Counted from the stretch's first letter, positions 29,838 to 38,987 are shown. The stretch is 38,987 nt of DNA from Bifidobacterium breve (GCA_945889545.1 CAMDCC010000001.1:1-38987), one strand, 5' to 3'. Translations and numbers: made by a program. Notes: a model not told the origin generated them from the sequence alone.

Positions 29838-32452
29838 GTGATCGTCTCCACGCGCACGTCGGTGACGGTGGCCGACACATCGATGAGCTCGGAAGCGCCC
29901 GGCCCGGCGCGATTGATCGCGAGGAAGCCGACGCCCTCTGGCGTCGACGGATCCGTGTGCACCGGAAGGTCGAGCGATGCCTTCGGCGAGATCACGCGCA
30001 CCCGGGTGCCGTCCTCCACGCCGATGCGCTCGCGGTCGCGCCGGTTCACCAAGAGTCTCGCGTCACCACCGGCGAACTTGGCGAGCGACGGTGACGCGGT
30101 GACCATTCGATCGTTGCCGTACAGCGTGCGCGCGACCACGAGCCGCAGTGCGTAGGCGTCGATGGGCGCGGCGCTCGGCGCTGGCGCGTCGCCCGACCAT
30201 GTGTGCAGCGCGACAGCAGGCTGCGGCGGCGTGGACGGGGCGCCTTCGCCGTCGTCCTCGGCCGCGCTGCGGATCGGCTCCCACGATTGGCCCGCCGCGG
30301 GACGGTCGGGGCCGAAGGTGAGCTCGTCGAGGTGGTCGGCGACCGGGAGCACGACGCCGTCACGGGCGCGCCGCAGGAGCGACGCGTCGACGCCGATGAA
30401 CGCGGGGGCGACGCGCGCGATCTCGTCCTGCACTTCCTCGACGGTCTCGAGGTTCCACTCGGAGCCGAGGCGCGCCGCGAGCTCCGCCGCGATTCGCCAG
30501 CCTTCCAAGGCCTGACCCTCGGAGGTCACCTTGCGCCCGAGCCGCATCACGCGCCCTTCGAGGTTCGTGGTGGTGCCGGCCTGCTCGCCCCACACCGTGG
30601 TGGGCAGGAAGACGTCGGCGCTCTCGGCGGCATCGTCGGGGAAGGCTCCAACACAGACGACGCGCTCCACCGCGGCGATCGCGTCGCGCACGAGCGTGCG
30701 GTCGGGGAAGTCGGTCACCGGATCGCAGCCGACGAAGACCAAAGCCTTGATGTGTCCAGCCTTCGCGGCGTCGAAGATGCCGGCCGAGTCGAGGCCCATC
30801 TCGTCGGGTACCCCGCCCCACGCGGCGGCCACGTGTTCGCGACCCGCTTCGAGCGTGACGCGCCCGGGGAGAAAGCCGGGCGCGAGCCCAAGATCAAGCG
30901 CGCCATGCACGTTGGCGCGCCACAGGGCCGAGAGGAAGCGCACGCCGGGGAGCGCGGCAAGGCGCGCCGCGGCGTACACCGTGGCGTCGGCTGTCTCGGC
31001 GACCGACCCGCGACCGATGACCACGACGACCGGCCCGTCGCCTGCGATCCCTTCGAGCGCGGCGGTCACCTGCGCGACCGCTTCGTCGATGACGCCGGGG
31101 AGGTGGCGCACGACGGTGGTGGCGTAAGGCGTGAGTCCGTGATCGCGCGCGGCAACGTCGATCAGTGGAACTCCGAGGTCGACTGCGGCGCGCCGGACCC
31201 GGAGAGAAAGGACGGGGAGCTCTTCTTTGAGGTCGGGCCCCAGCAGCACGATGGCGCGCGCTCGGTCAAGATCGGCGATGGTCGCCCGGGGCATGCCCAG
31301 GACCATCGATGCGGGCAGGCCGTCGCCGAGCTGCGCGTCGACGTTGTCGGTGCGCAGCACACCCTTGGCGAAGCGCGCCCAGGCGTACGCGTCTTCGTTC
31401 GTGCCCCGCGCGCCACCGATCACGCCGATTGCACTTGGGCCATGCTCGTCGCGCACGCGGCGCAGCGCGGTCGCCGCGGCGTCGAGCGCCTCCGGCCACG
31501 ACGTGACGGCGAGCTCGGTGCCGCGCCGCACGCCGGGAGCACGCACGCGCGTTTCGGAGTGGACCCACTCGTATCCGTAGCGGCCCTTGTCGCACAGCCA
31601 GCCGTGGTTCACCGGCTCCGAGTCGACGCCGAGCAGTCGCACGAGGCGGTTCGAGGTGGACTCGAGCGCGCCACGACACCCGACCGCGCACGCCTGACAC
31701 GACGTCTCGACCGATTCGAGGTCCCATGGGCGGGCGCGGAACCGGTAGGCGCTCGCGGTGAGCGCACCCACCGGGCAGATCTGGACGGTGTTGCCGGAGA
31801 AGTACGAGGTGAACGGCTCGTCGGGGTAGGTGATCACCTCGGTCGTGCCGCCGCGACCACCGAAGTCGATGAGTGGGTCACCTGCGATCTCCGCGGCAAA
31901 GCGAGTGCACCGGCCGCATTGGATGCACCGCTCGCGGTCGAGCATCACAAGGTCGCTGATCGGGATCGGCTTCTCGAAGTGACGCTTCTCCTCGACGAAG
32001 CGAGATTCGCCCGGACCGAACGCGAGGGTCTGGTCCTGAAGGGGGCACTCACCACCTCGGTCGCACACCGGGCAGTCGAGCGGGTGATTGATGAGCAGGA
32101 ACTCGAGGATCCCGTCTTGGACGCTCTTGACGTTGTCGGTGGTCGTGTGCACGACCATCCCGTCGACGACCGGGGTGGCGCAGCTGATCTGGAAGCCGCG
32201 CATGCCCTCCACTTCGACGAGGCACATGCGGCACATGCCGACCGGCTTCATGCGCTCGTGCCAGCAGAAGCGCGGGATGTACGTACCGTGGTCCTGCGCG
32301 GCTTTGATGAGCAACTCGCCGCGGCGAACTTGCACGACCTTGTCGTCGATCGTGATCGACACGATCTCCTGATCACCCGCAACCGGGATCGAATACCGAT
32401 GATCCGACGGCCACTGGCTCATGGGTACCGACTTCATTGCGCCGCTGCTCAT
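29834..32452 (-). CDS. nuoG: NADH-quinone oxidoreductase subunit G (operon 2)
   Basis: Track ORF trimmed to MSSGAM, whose ATG overlaps the nuoF2 stop. Fe-S Cys motifs are CWHERMKPVGMCRMCLVEV, HPLDCPVCDRGGECPLQD, CIQCGRCTRF and a molybdopterin-like domain. 872 aa. Confidence 0.92.
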   Translation of the reverse strand: MSSGAMKSVPMSQWPSDHRYSIPVAGDQEIVSITIDDKVVQVRRGELLIKAAQDHGTYIPRFCWHERMKPVGMCRMCLVEVEGMRGFQISCATPVVDGMVVHTTTDNVKSVQDGILEFLLINHPLDCPVCDRGGECPLQDQTLAFGPGESRFVEEKRHFEKPIPISDLVMLDRERCIQCGRCTRFAAEIAGDPLIDFGGRGGTTEVITYPDEPFTSYFSGNTVQICPVGALTASAYRFRARPWDLESVETSCQACAVGCRGALESTSNRLVRLLGVDSEPVNHGWLCDKGRYGYEWVHSETRVRAPGVRRGTELAVTSWPEALDAAATALRRVRDEHGPSAIGVIGGARGTNEDAYAWARFAKGVLRTDNVDAQLGDGLPASMVLGMPRATIADLDRARAIVLLGPDLKEELPVLSLRVRRAAVDLGVPLIDVAARDHGLTPYATTVVRHLPGVIDEAVAQVTAALEGIAGDGPVVVVIGRGSVAETADATVYAAARLAALPGVRFLSALWRANVHGALDLGLAPGFLPGRVTLEAGREHVAAAWGGVPDEMGLDSAGIFDAAKAGHIKALVFVGCDPVTDFPDRTLVRDAIAAVERVVCVGAFPDDAAESADVFLPTTVWGEQAGTTTNLEGRVMRLGRKVTSEGQALEGWRIAAELAARLGSEWNLETVEEVQDEIARVAPAFIGVDASLLRRARDGVVLPVADHLDELTFGPDRPAAGQSWEPIRSAAEDDGEGAPSTPPQPAVALHTWSGDAPAPSAAPIDAYALRLVVARTLYGNDRMVTASPSLAKFAGGDARLLVNRRDRERIGVEDGTRVRVISPKASLDLPVHTDPSTPEGVGFLAINRAGPGASELIDVSATVTDVRVETIT

Positions 32453-33771
32453 GCCGGTGTCACCTGGAGGGTCTTGCGCCGGGCTTCGTCGGCGGTGAGG
32501 CGGGCGCGGATCTCGTCGCCCCAGTACTTGTTGAGGCTCACGGTGGGGCTCATCGTGCTCGGGCCGAGCTGGCAGATCGTCGTCTGACCGGGCGGCCAAG
32601 AAAGCCCGGGCGCGAGGTTGTTGCCGAACCCGAGCAAGAGGTCGAGGTCTTCGGCGCGACCGAGACCGTTGGCCATCCGGTAGAGCACCTTCTCCAACCA
32701 GCCAGAACCCTCGCGGCACGGCGTGCACTTGCCGCACGACTCGTGCGCGAAGAACTTGGCGATGCGCCACGCGATGAGCACGGGGTCGACGGTCTCGTCG
32801 AACACCATGATCGCCCCGGATCCGAGCATCGTTCCGAGCTCGGTGGCGCGGTCCATGTCGAGCGGTTCGTCGAGATGCTCCGGAAGCAGCCACGGCGATG
32901 ATGCGCCGCCGGGAATGAAGAACTTCAACTGCTTGCCACCCTTGACCCCGCCGGCAAGACCTTCGATGAGCTCACGGAACGTGGTGCCCAGCTCAACCTC
33001 GTAGTTGCCAGGGCGCTCGACGTTGCCCGACACCGAGAAGATGCGCGTGCCCAGCGACTTGCCCACGCCCATACCGGCGTACCACTCGCCGCTGTTGTTC
33101 ACGATCTGGGTGACGGCCGACATCGTCTCGACGTTGTTCACGATCGTGGGTGCGGCATACAAACCCTGCACCGCGGGGAACGGTGGCTTGATGCGCGGCA
33201 TCGCGCGCTCACCTTCGAGACTGGAGAGCAGACCGGTCTCGTCGCCGGCGATGTAGCAGCCGGCACCGCGATGCACGATCAGCTCGAGATCGAAGCCCGA
33301 GCCGAGGATGTTCTTCCCGAGGAAGCCATTCGCGTAGGCGTCCTCGACGGCGGCTTGGAGCCGCTCGGCACCCAGCGCGAACTCGCCCCGCAAGTAGATG
33401 AACGCGTGGTGTGCCTGAATGGCATACGCAGTGATGATCGAGCCTTCGACGATCTGGTGCGGGTCACGCTCGATGAGCATGTGGTCTTTGAACGTGGCCG
33501 GCTCGCCCTCGTCGGCGTTGACGGCCAAGTAGCGGGGGAAGATGTCGGGCGGGAGGAACGACCACTTCTGACCCGTCCCGAAACCTGCGCCGCCGCGGCC
33601 CCGCAATCCCGACTTCTGCACCTCTTCGACCAGCGCGGCGGGTTCCATCTTGAGCGCCTTTTCGAGCGCGCCGTACGCGTTGTTGTGCTCGCGCGCGGCG
33701 GCGTACTCCCACGAGTCCTCGGTGCGCTCCCGGAGGAACTTCGTGATGACGAGCGTCTCCTTCACGGCCAT
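32449..33771 (-). CDS. nuoF: NADH-quinone oxidoreductase subunit F (operon 2)
   Basis: 440 aa. GLRGRGGAGFGTGQKW is the FMN/NADH site, and ESCGKCTPCREG binds cluster N3. Confidence 0.95.
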   Translation of the reverse strand: MAVKETLVITKFLRERTEDSWEYAAAREHNNAYGALEKALKMEPAALVEEVQKSGLRGRGGAGFGTGQKWSFLPPDIFPRYLAVNADEGEPATFKDHMLIERDPHQIVEGSIITAYAIQAHHAFIYLRGEFALGAERLQAAVEDAYANGFLGKNILGSGFDLELIVHRGAGCYIAGDETGLLSSLEGERAMPRIKPPFPAVQGLYAAPTIVNNVETMSAVTQIVNNSGEWYAGMGVGKSLGTRIFSVSGNVERPGNYEVELGTTFRELIEGLAGGVKGGKQLKFFIPGGASSPWLLPEHLDEPLDMDRATELGTMLGSGAIMVFDETVDPVLIAWRIAKFFAHESCGKCTPCREGSGWLEKVLYRMANGLGRAEDLDLLLGFGNNLAPGLSWPPGQTTICQLGPSTMSPTVSLNKYWGDEIRARLTADEARRKTLQVTPA

Positions 33772-34280
33772 CAGGGAGCCTTCGATCCGGCGATGACCGG
33801 TGAGCCCGAGATCGTGCGCGCCACCAGCGCGCCCGACTTGTACTGCTCGATGACGTCGACGGCGGCCTCACTCGTGACCGGTCCGTGGAACTCGTAGTTG
33901 ACCTGCATCACCGGCGCGAGATCGCACGCGGCGACGCACTCCACTTCTTCGACGTGCACGTCCTCGTCGTCGGCGTACCGGGCCCGCAGCGAATCGACGA
34001 GCGCAGGGCCTCCGTTGACGAGACACGACACGTTGGTGCACACCGACACCACGAGGTTGCCGATGGGCGCGCGCTTGAACATCGTGTAGAAGGAGCACGT
34101 TCCGAGCACGAGCGCGGGTGTGAGCCCGAGCAGCTCGGCGATGTCCTTCATCGCCTCGCCGGTCACGTACCCGTCGCGGTCCTGCGCCATATGCAGCAAT
34201 GGCAGCAGCGCCGACTTGGAGTGCGGGTACCGCGCCACGATCTCTTCCGCGCGCCGGCGCTCGGTGTCCGAAAAGCTCAT
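33771..34280 (-). CDS. nuoE: NADH-quinone oxidoreductase subunit E (operon 2)
   Basis: Track ORF trimmed to MSFSDTERRRAEEI, whose ATG overlaps the nuoD2 stop. Thioredoxin-like 2Fe-2S cysteines lie in CSFY, CTNVSC and VECVAACD. Confidence 0.9.
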   Translation of the reverse strand: MSFSDTERRRAEEIVARYPHSKSALLPLLHMAQDRDGYVTGEAMKDIAELLGLTPALVLGTCSFYTMFKRAPIGNLVVSVCTNVSCLVNGGPALVDSLRARYADDEDVHVEEVECVAACDLAPVMQVNYEFHGPVTSEAAVDVIEQYKSGALVARTISGSPVIAGSKAP

Positions 34281-35653
34281 CGGTCCACCTCGCCCATGAC
34301 GGGGTCGATGCTCGAGATGATTGCGACCGCGTCGGCGACCATCGAACCGGGCACCATCGCGTCCATCGTCTGGAGGTTGTAGAAGGACGGCCCGCGAATG
34401 TGCATGCGCACCGGCTTCCCCGTGCCGTCGGATGCCAGGTAGCAACCGATCTCACCACGCGGCGACTCGATCGCCACGTACGTCTCGCCCGCCGGCACGC
34501 GGAACCCTTCGGTGAACAGCTTGAAGTGGTGGATGAGTGCTTCCATCGACTCGTCGATCCGGGCACGCGGCGGTGGCGTGATCTTTCGGTCCTGGATGCG
34601 GTAGTCGCCGGCAGGCATTCGCTCCACGCACTGGCGAATGATCTTGAGCGACTCGCGGATCTCGTGCAGCCGGATGAGGTACCGGTCGTAGCAGTCGCCG
34701 TTCTGCGTGTAGATCACATCGAAGTCGACCTCGTCGTAGGCGAGGTACGGCTGCGCCTTGCGCAAGTCCCACGCGAAGCCCGTCGACCGCAGGATCGGGC
34801 CCGATGCGCCGAGCGCAAGCGCTTGGTCGGTCGTGATCGGACCGACGCCGACCAGGCGCTCCAGCCAGATCGGGTTCTCGCTCAACAGGTCTTCGTAGTC
34901 GCGCATGCCCTTCTCGACGAGGTCACACAGGTCGAGGGTCGCTTGCTCCCAGCCGTCGGGCATGTCGGCCGCGACCCCGCCGGGACGGATGAAGTTGTGG
35001 TTCATCCGGAGACCGGTGACCGTCTCCTTGTAACGAAGCACCTCTTCGCGCTCGCGCCAGCCGTAGATCATCATCGAGAGCGCGCCGATGTCCATGCCGT
35101 TCGTGGCTTGGAACAGGAGGTGCGACTCCAGGCGAGAGATCTCGCAGAGCAGCGTGCGCATCCATGTTGCTCGCGGCGGAAGCTCCAGGTCGAGGAGCCG
35201 CTCGACGGCGAGCGCAAACACCGTCTCGTTCGACAGTGGCGCGAGGTAGTCCATGCGCGTGACGTTGGTGCCGCCCTGGACGTACGTGAGCTCTTCGCCG
35301 GTCTTCTCCATCCCCGTGTGGAGGTAACCGATGACGGGCTTCACGCGCAGCACGGTCTCACCGTCGAGCTCCATCATCACGCGCAGCACACCGTGCGTGG
35401 ATGGGTGCTGCGGACCCATGTTGACGATCATCGTCTGGTCGTCTTCGGGCCAGAGTCCGCCGGTGAGCACCATCTCGCGCTCGACGTGACGCATCTCCTG
35501 CGCGCCCTCGTCGGTCTGGCGCTCGAGGCGCGCGCTCTCGGCCGGCGGGAGCCCCGTGACCGTGCGTTCAGTCACCTGTATTGCCTCGCTCGCTGCCCGC
35601 GCGGATGCCGGTCTGCAGGCAACCGCTCGCTCGGTCGGCGCGGAGTGCGCCAC
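34277..35653 (-). CDS. nuoD: NADH-quinone oxidoreductase subunit D (operon 2)
   Basis: 458 aa with NMGPQHPSTHG, IGYLHTGMEK and C-terminal VMGEVDR. The GTG start lies 7 nt after the nuoC2 stop. The N-terminal leader is long (~77 aa before GPQHP), so the start is somewhat uncertain. Confidence 0.9.
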   Translation of the reverse strand: MAHSAPTERAVACRPASARAASEAIQVTERTVTGLPPAESARLERQTDEGAQEMRHVEREMVLTGGLWPEDDQTMIVNMGPQHPSTHGVLRVMMELDGETVLRVKPVIGYLHTGMEKTGEELTYVQGGTNVTRMDYLAPLSNETVFALAVERLLDLELPPRATWMRTLLCEISRLESHLLFQATNGMDIGALSMMIYGWREREEVLRYKETVTGLRMNHNFIRPGGVAADMPDGWEQATLDLCDLVEKGMRDYEDLLSENPIWLERLVGVGPITTDQALALGASGPILRSTGFAWDLRKAQPYLAYDEVDFDVIYTQNGDCYDRYLIRLHEIRESLKIIRQCVERMPAGDYRIQDRKITPPPRARIDESMEALIHHFKLFTEGFRVPAGETYVAIESPRGEIGCYLASDGTGKPVRMHIRGPSFYNLQTMDAMVPGSMVADAVAIISSIDPVMGEVDR

Positions 35654-35660
35654 AAACGTC

Positions 35661-36233
35661 TCATCGCGGTGTTCCAGTGCCCTTGAACGCGACCGGTACG
35701 CGGGCGGGAGCGTCGTCCTTGCGGAGCGGGTGACCCACCCAGTCGTCGGGCATCAAGATCCGCGTGAGTTCGGGGTGGCCGTCGAACGTGATGCCGAACA
35801 GGTCGTACGACTCGCGCTCCCCGAAGCTGATGCCGGGGTAGAGGTCGGTGATGCTCGGCACGGTCGGATCGTCGAGCGGGACCTCGCAGATCGTGCGAAT
35901 GCGCCGGTTCCTCGGGTGCGACAGGAAGTTGGCCACCACTTCGAACCGCTCGGGAGTGACCCCCTCAACGGCGAGCCGTACCTCGTCACCGAGATGGTCG
36001 ACCACCGTGACGTCGAGGCACTGGGTGAAGCGTTGCTCATCACGAAGGAAAGCGGCCATGCCGTGCCACTCCCCACGGTCCACGTAGACCACAGCCTGCC
36101 CATGGGAGTCATGGAAAACCGCGGTTGGAAACCTCTCTCTACACGCTTCTACGACCTCATCCTCTGCATGGGTCGCGTTGGGTGTCTCAGGCTCCTTGTG
36201 AATTTCTTCACTAGGGATCACGTCGTCGGGCAC
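35661..36233 (-). CDS. nuoC: NADH-quinone oxidoreductase subunit C (operon 2)
   Basis: 190 aa. [35 protein letters not shown] matches 30-kDa/NuoC. Confidence 0.9.
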   Translation of the reverse strand: MPDDVIPSEEIHKEPETPNATHAEDEVVEACRERFPTAVFHDSHGQAVVYVDRGEWHGMAAFLRDEQRFTQCLDVTVVDHLGDEVRLAVEGVTPERFEVVANFLSHPRNRRIRTICEVPLDDPTVPSITDLYPGISFGERESYDLFGITFDGHPELTRILMPDDWVGHPLRKDDAPARVPVAFKGTGTPR

Positions 36234-36257
36234 CGGAAGTCCTGTCCGTCTGTCCGC

Positions 36258-36839
36258 TTACGCCGACCGCGTCGGAACGGCCACCGGGGTGCCGTCGAGC
36301 TGCTCGATCTGGATGCCCGCACCGCGTTCGTCGCCCCGCCGCTTCATGAGCTCGCCGGTTCGGATCTGCTCGTGCAGCGTGAGGATGCCGTGCATCAGAG
36401 TTTCGGGACCTGGCGGGCAACCCGGCACGTACACATCGACGGGCACGATCTGGTCGACGCCCTGCACGAGCGCGTAGTTGTTGAACATCCCGCCGGTGCT
36501 CGCGCACACACCCATGGAGATCACCCACTTGGGCTCGACCATCTGGTCGTAGACCTGGCGGAGCACGGGCGCCATCTTCTGGCTCACACGACCGGCGACG
36601 ACCATGAGATCCGCTTGACGCGGGCTGGCCCGGAACACCTCCATGCCGTAGCGCGCGAGGTCGTAGTGCGCGGCACCCGTCGCCATCATCTCCATCGCGC
36701 AGCACGCGAGGCCGAAGGTCGCGGGCCACACGGAGTTGCGGCGCGCCCACTTCACGAGATCCTCGAGTCGCACGGTGAGGAAGTTGTGGGGAATCTGCTC
36801 CATCAAGCCCCCACCTGAAGACGCGCCGCCCGGCGCCAT
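36258..36839 (-). CDS. nuoB: NADH-quinone oxidoreductase subunit B (operon 2)
   Basis: [18 protein letters not shown] and PGCPPGPE. The start is either ATG 36839 (AGAAGG RBS) or ATG 36803 (AGGTGGGGG RBS). Confidence 0.9.
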   Translation of the reverse strand: MAPGGASSGGGLMEQIPHNFLTVRLEDLVKWARRNSVWPATFGLACCAMEMMATGAAHYDLARYGMEVFRASPRQADLMVVAGRVSQKMAPVLRQVYDQMVEPKWVISMGVCASTGGMFNNYALVQGVDQIVPVDVYVPGCPPGPETLMHGILTLHEQIRTGELMKRRGDERGAGIQIEQLDGTPVAVPTRSA

Positions 36840-36855
36840 CACGCGACCTTCTGCA

Positions 36856-37323
36856 TTACGCGACCTTCTTGCTCGCGTCGTCGACCACATTCGGCTCGAG
36901 ACCGTCGCGGCCTGGCGTGCCCGTGGCGTGCAGCACGCGCCCGTACACGCGGTTGGCGACCTTGCGCGCGGGGCCCCAGTCGAGCGCGCCGGTCGACAAC
37001 AGATAGCCGAACGGCACGAGGAGCACGATGAGGAAGACGCCCATCGCCACGAGCCCGTAGGTACCGAGATCGCGCAAGATCGTGGTGAACGGATACAAGA
37101 AGATGATCTCGACGTCGAGCACGATGAACGCCATCGCGACCAAATAGAACTTCACCGGGAAGCGCTCGACTGGCTCGTACTCGGGCACGATCCCGCACTC
37201 GTACGGCGCCTGCTTCGCCGACGTCGGTCGGCGGGGGCCAAGTCGGGTGGACGCCGCGAACGAGAGCGCTACGAAGAGCACGACCAGCACGACCATCGCC
37301 AAGATCGGCAGGTACTGCTGCAC
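36856..37323 (-). CDS. nuoA: NADH-quinone oxidoreductase subunit A (operon 2), with a C-terminal extension
   Basis: Track ORF trimmed to GTG 37323 ([12 protein letters not shown]), 5 nt after [13 protein letters not shown]...[22 protein letters not shown] identifies it as ND3/NuoA. It carries ~35 extra C-terminal residues. Confidence 0.85.
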   Translation of the reverse strand: MQQYLPILAMVVLVVLFVALSFAASTRLGPRRPTSAKQAPYECGIVPEYEPVERFPVKFYLVAMAFIVLDVEIIFLYPFTTILRDLGTYGLVAMGVFLIVLLVPFGYLLSTGALDWGPARKVANRVYGRVLHATGTPGRDGLEPNVVDDASKKVA

Positions 37324-37347
37324 GAATGTCCTCGACTCCCCTGTAGT

Positions 37348-37365
37348 GCCCCGCTTCGCCGGGGC
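37348..37365 (-). terminator. Short GC hairpin between the reductase stop and the nuoA2 start
   Basis: GCCCCG-cttcgc-CGGGGC is a 6-bp stem with no U-tract. It could terminate the reductase gene or sit in the nuoA2 leader. Confidence 0.3.
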
Positions 37366-37385
37366 GCAGGCTATCCGAGGTGCCG

Positions 37386-38627
37386 CTACGGCTCCGGAGC
37401 GATGGCGACGAGCTTGGCAACCACTTTGTATGCCGCCTCGGCGGGACCGAGCTCGTCGGGGCGCAGGAGGTTGGCCATGATCCGCAGCACCCACTCCATC
37501 AGGCTGCGGCTCTTGAAGCCGACCCGGGTGAGCTCACGCATGACCGCTGGGTTGCCGATGGCCCGCACGAAGGCGCGCGCCACCTTGAAGTAGAGGGCGT
37601 ATTCGGCGTCGAGACGCGCCTCGTAGCCGCGCAGCGCGAGCCCGTCGCCGGTCGTCAGCGCCTCGCCCACAGCGTCGGCGGCGAAACGTCCGGTCTCGTA
37701 CGCGACGGAGATGCCTTCGCCGTTGAACGGGTTCACCGAACCGGCCGCGTCACCCACGCAGAGCCACGTTGGCCCGACCTTGGGTCGCACCGACAACCCG
37801 GTGGGCAGCTTGCCGCCGGTGGGAGGACCGCACGCATTCTCGGGTGTGAGCTCCCACGATGCCGGCGCGGTCGCGCAGAACGCGTCCATGAGGTGCGAGG
37901 TGTTGATCTGCTTGAAGCCCGTGAACGTGTCGAGGAGACCGACACCCACGTTCACCGTGCCGTCGCCCACCGGGAACAGCCAGCCGTACCCAGGGAGGTT
38001 GGCGCCGTTGCGATCGTGCAGGTCGAGGTGACTTTCGATCCACGGCTCGTCGTGGCGCGGGCTCTTGAAGTAGCCGCGCAGGGCCATGCCCATCGGGTAC
38101 GACCGATCACGGGCGGTGCCGAGCGCGCGGCCAAACCGTGAGTTGGCCCCGTCGGCCACGATCACGTAGCGAGCGCGCACCGACTCGTCGGCTCCACTCT
38201 CCTTGCGGTGAACAAGCGCGCCGGTGACGAGCCCGCCCTCCACGATCGGCTCGACGGCTTCGGCCGCGGGCCAGAGCGTGGCTCCCGCCTTCACCGCCTG
38301 CTGGGCAACCATCTCGTCGAGGTCGCGGCGGCGCACCACGTAGCCATACGAGGGATACAGGGGATGCTCGGGCCAGGCCAGCTCCAGGGTCACCCCGTGG
38401 GCGATGGACCGCAGGCCGTCGAAGCGGAGGTGATCGGCCAGCCGATCGCCGAGGCCCATGGCCTCGAGCTGGTGGACGGCCCGCGGCGTGAGCCCGTCAC
38501 CGCAGGTCTTCTCGCGGGGAAACCGCTTCTTCTCGACGATGAGCACCCGATGCCCAGCCTCGGCGAGCCAGTACGCCGCGGCGGCACCCGAAGGCCCACC
38601 CCCGACCACGAGCACGTCCCAAACCAT
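37386..38627 (-). CDS. Geranylgeranyl reductase-family FAD-dependent oxidoreductase (MenJ-like candidate)
   Basis: Track ORF trimmed so that the Rossmann motif DVLVVGGGPSGAAAAYWLA sits at the N-terminus (ATG 38627, or GTG 38639). CGDGLTPRA and GDAAGSVNPFNGEGI are typical of the family. Confidence 0.8.
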   Translation of the reverse strand: MVWDVLVVGGGPSGAAAAYWLAEAGHRVLIVEKKRFPREKTCGDGLTPRAVHQLEAMGLGDRLADHLRFDGLRSIAHGVTLELAWPEHPLYPSYGYVVRRRDLDEMVAQQAVKAGATLWPAAEAVEPIVEGGLVTGALVHRKESGADESVRARYVIVADGANSRFGRALGTARDRSYPMGMALRGYFKSPRHDEPWIESHLDLHDRNGANLPGYGWLFPVGDGTVNVGVGLLDTFTGFKQINTSHLMDAFCATAPASWELTPENACGPPTGGKLPTGLSVRPKVGPTWLCVGDAAGSVNPFNGEGISVAYETGRFAADAVGEALTTGDGLALRGYEARLDAEYALYFKVARAFVRAIGNPAVMRELTRVGFKSRSLMEWVLRIMANLLRPDELGPAEAAYKVVAKLVAIAPEP

Positions 38628-38667
38628 TGGCTCGCTCACGGGTCCAGTCTCACAGAGCCCCCAACAC

Positions 38668-38705
38668 GACGCGGCACCGGAGGTGCTCGCCAGGGAGCGA
38701 GCGTT
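38668..38705. promoter_or_regulatory. 38-nt conserved element, copy 2 (upstream of the reductase-nuoA2 unit)
   Basis: GACGCGGCACCGGAGGTGCTCGCCAGGGAGCGAGCGTT is 33/38 identical to 18790..18827. Its core GCTCGC-CAGGGA-GCGAGC is a perfect 6-bp inverted repeat here. Confidence 0.4.
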
Positions 38706-38714
38706 CACCAGGAC

Positions 38715-38735
38715 GGCGCCCGGTATCCGGGCGCC
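38715..38735. other. Perfect 9-bp GC palindrome in the divergent intergenic region
   Basis: GGCGCCCGG-tat-CCGGGCGCC. Confidence 0.7.
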
Positions 38736-38876
38736 GAGCGAGCGACCGAGGAGAGGTGAAGCGATCCCCGAACCCCGAATGTGCTGGACCCACAAGTAGC
38801 GTGGTAGGAAACGCCCGCGCAGAGGGCCGAACGCGGCGCATTGAGCCCGAATACATCGGGGAGGGACACCGGCGAC

Positions 38877-38987
38877 ATGCCCAACCTGCTGCCCGACTGG
38901 TCGCTCGACTTGGGGGACCTGGGCGTATTCGATGTGCGAGCCGCCGGACGCATGATCTGGTTCAGCCTCCTGCTGATCTACGGCATC
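38877..38987 (+). CDS. 5' end of an unidentified, probably membrane, protein (runs off the window end)
   Basis: The ATG at 38877 lies 10 nt after GGGGAGGGA. MPNLLPDWSLDLGDLGVFDVRAAGRMIWFSLLLIYGI ends in a hydrophobic stretch and is open to the window edge. It is too short to assign to a family. Confidence 0.4.
   Translation, partial: MPNLLPDWSLDLGDLGVFDVRAAGRMIWFSLLLIYGI

Noticed and set aside
30203-32587. 794-aa plus-strand ORF
   Set aside because: It is antisense to nuoG2, whose Fe-S motifs are unambiguous. It is an artefact of stop-poor sequence. The same reasoning applies to 11413..13050, 13685..14626, 14340..15812, 15629..17305, 23871..24968, 25364..26701, 29079..30155, 34199..35686 and 35556..36818.

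Overview
This is a high-GC, actinobacterium-like chromosomal segment. That taxonomic guess rests only on composition and protein types. The window is almost fully coding and dominated by respiratory complex I.

Gene layout on the minus strand, right to left:
- a geranylgeranyl-reductase-family gene
- a complete 14-gene nuoA-N operon (37323 down to 21847)
- a 3-kb accessory islet: Uma2-family nuclease gene, alpha/beta-hydrolase plus class III nucleotidyl cyclase fusion, patatin-like phospholipase
- a second nuo operon of only 11 genes (18692 down to 8050, order A-B-C-D-H-I-J-K-L-M-N, no nuoE/F/G)
- then, co-directionally, a MidA/NDUFAF7-type methyltransferase, acs, a small HAD phosphatase, an EamA transporter and htpX

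The left end carries yajQ, tRNA-Tyr, a GNAT acetyltransferase, tRNA-Thr, tRNA-Met and the 5' part of tuf. I saw no transposase, integrase, CRISPR array or rRNA.

Most notable observations:
1. The N-module-less 11-gene complex I operon sits in tandem with the canonical one.
2. A complex-I-assembly-type arginine methyltransferase homologue lies directly behind the 11-gene operon, and only that operon's NuoD keeps the arginine that is methylated in mitochondria.
3. All four long spacers inside the two operons are spanned by a micro-ORF whose start codon overlaps the upstream stop codon. Three of the four also end overlapping the downstream start.
4. A 71/72-bp tandem duplication lies at the nuoA1-nuoB1 junction.
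5. A 38-nt element (33/38 identical) is shared by the upstream regions of both respiratory units.

All family assignments come from reading the translations and recalling family motifs. No database search was possible.
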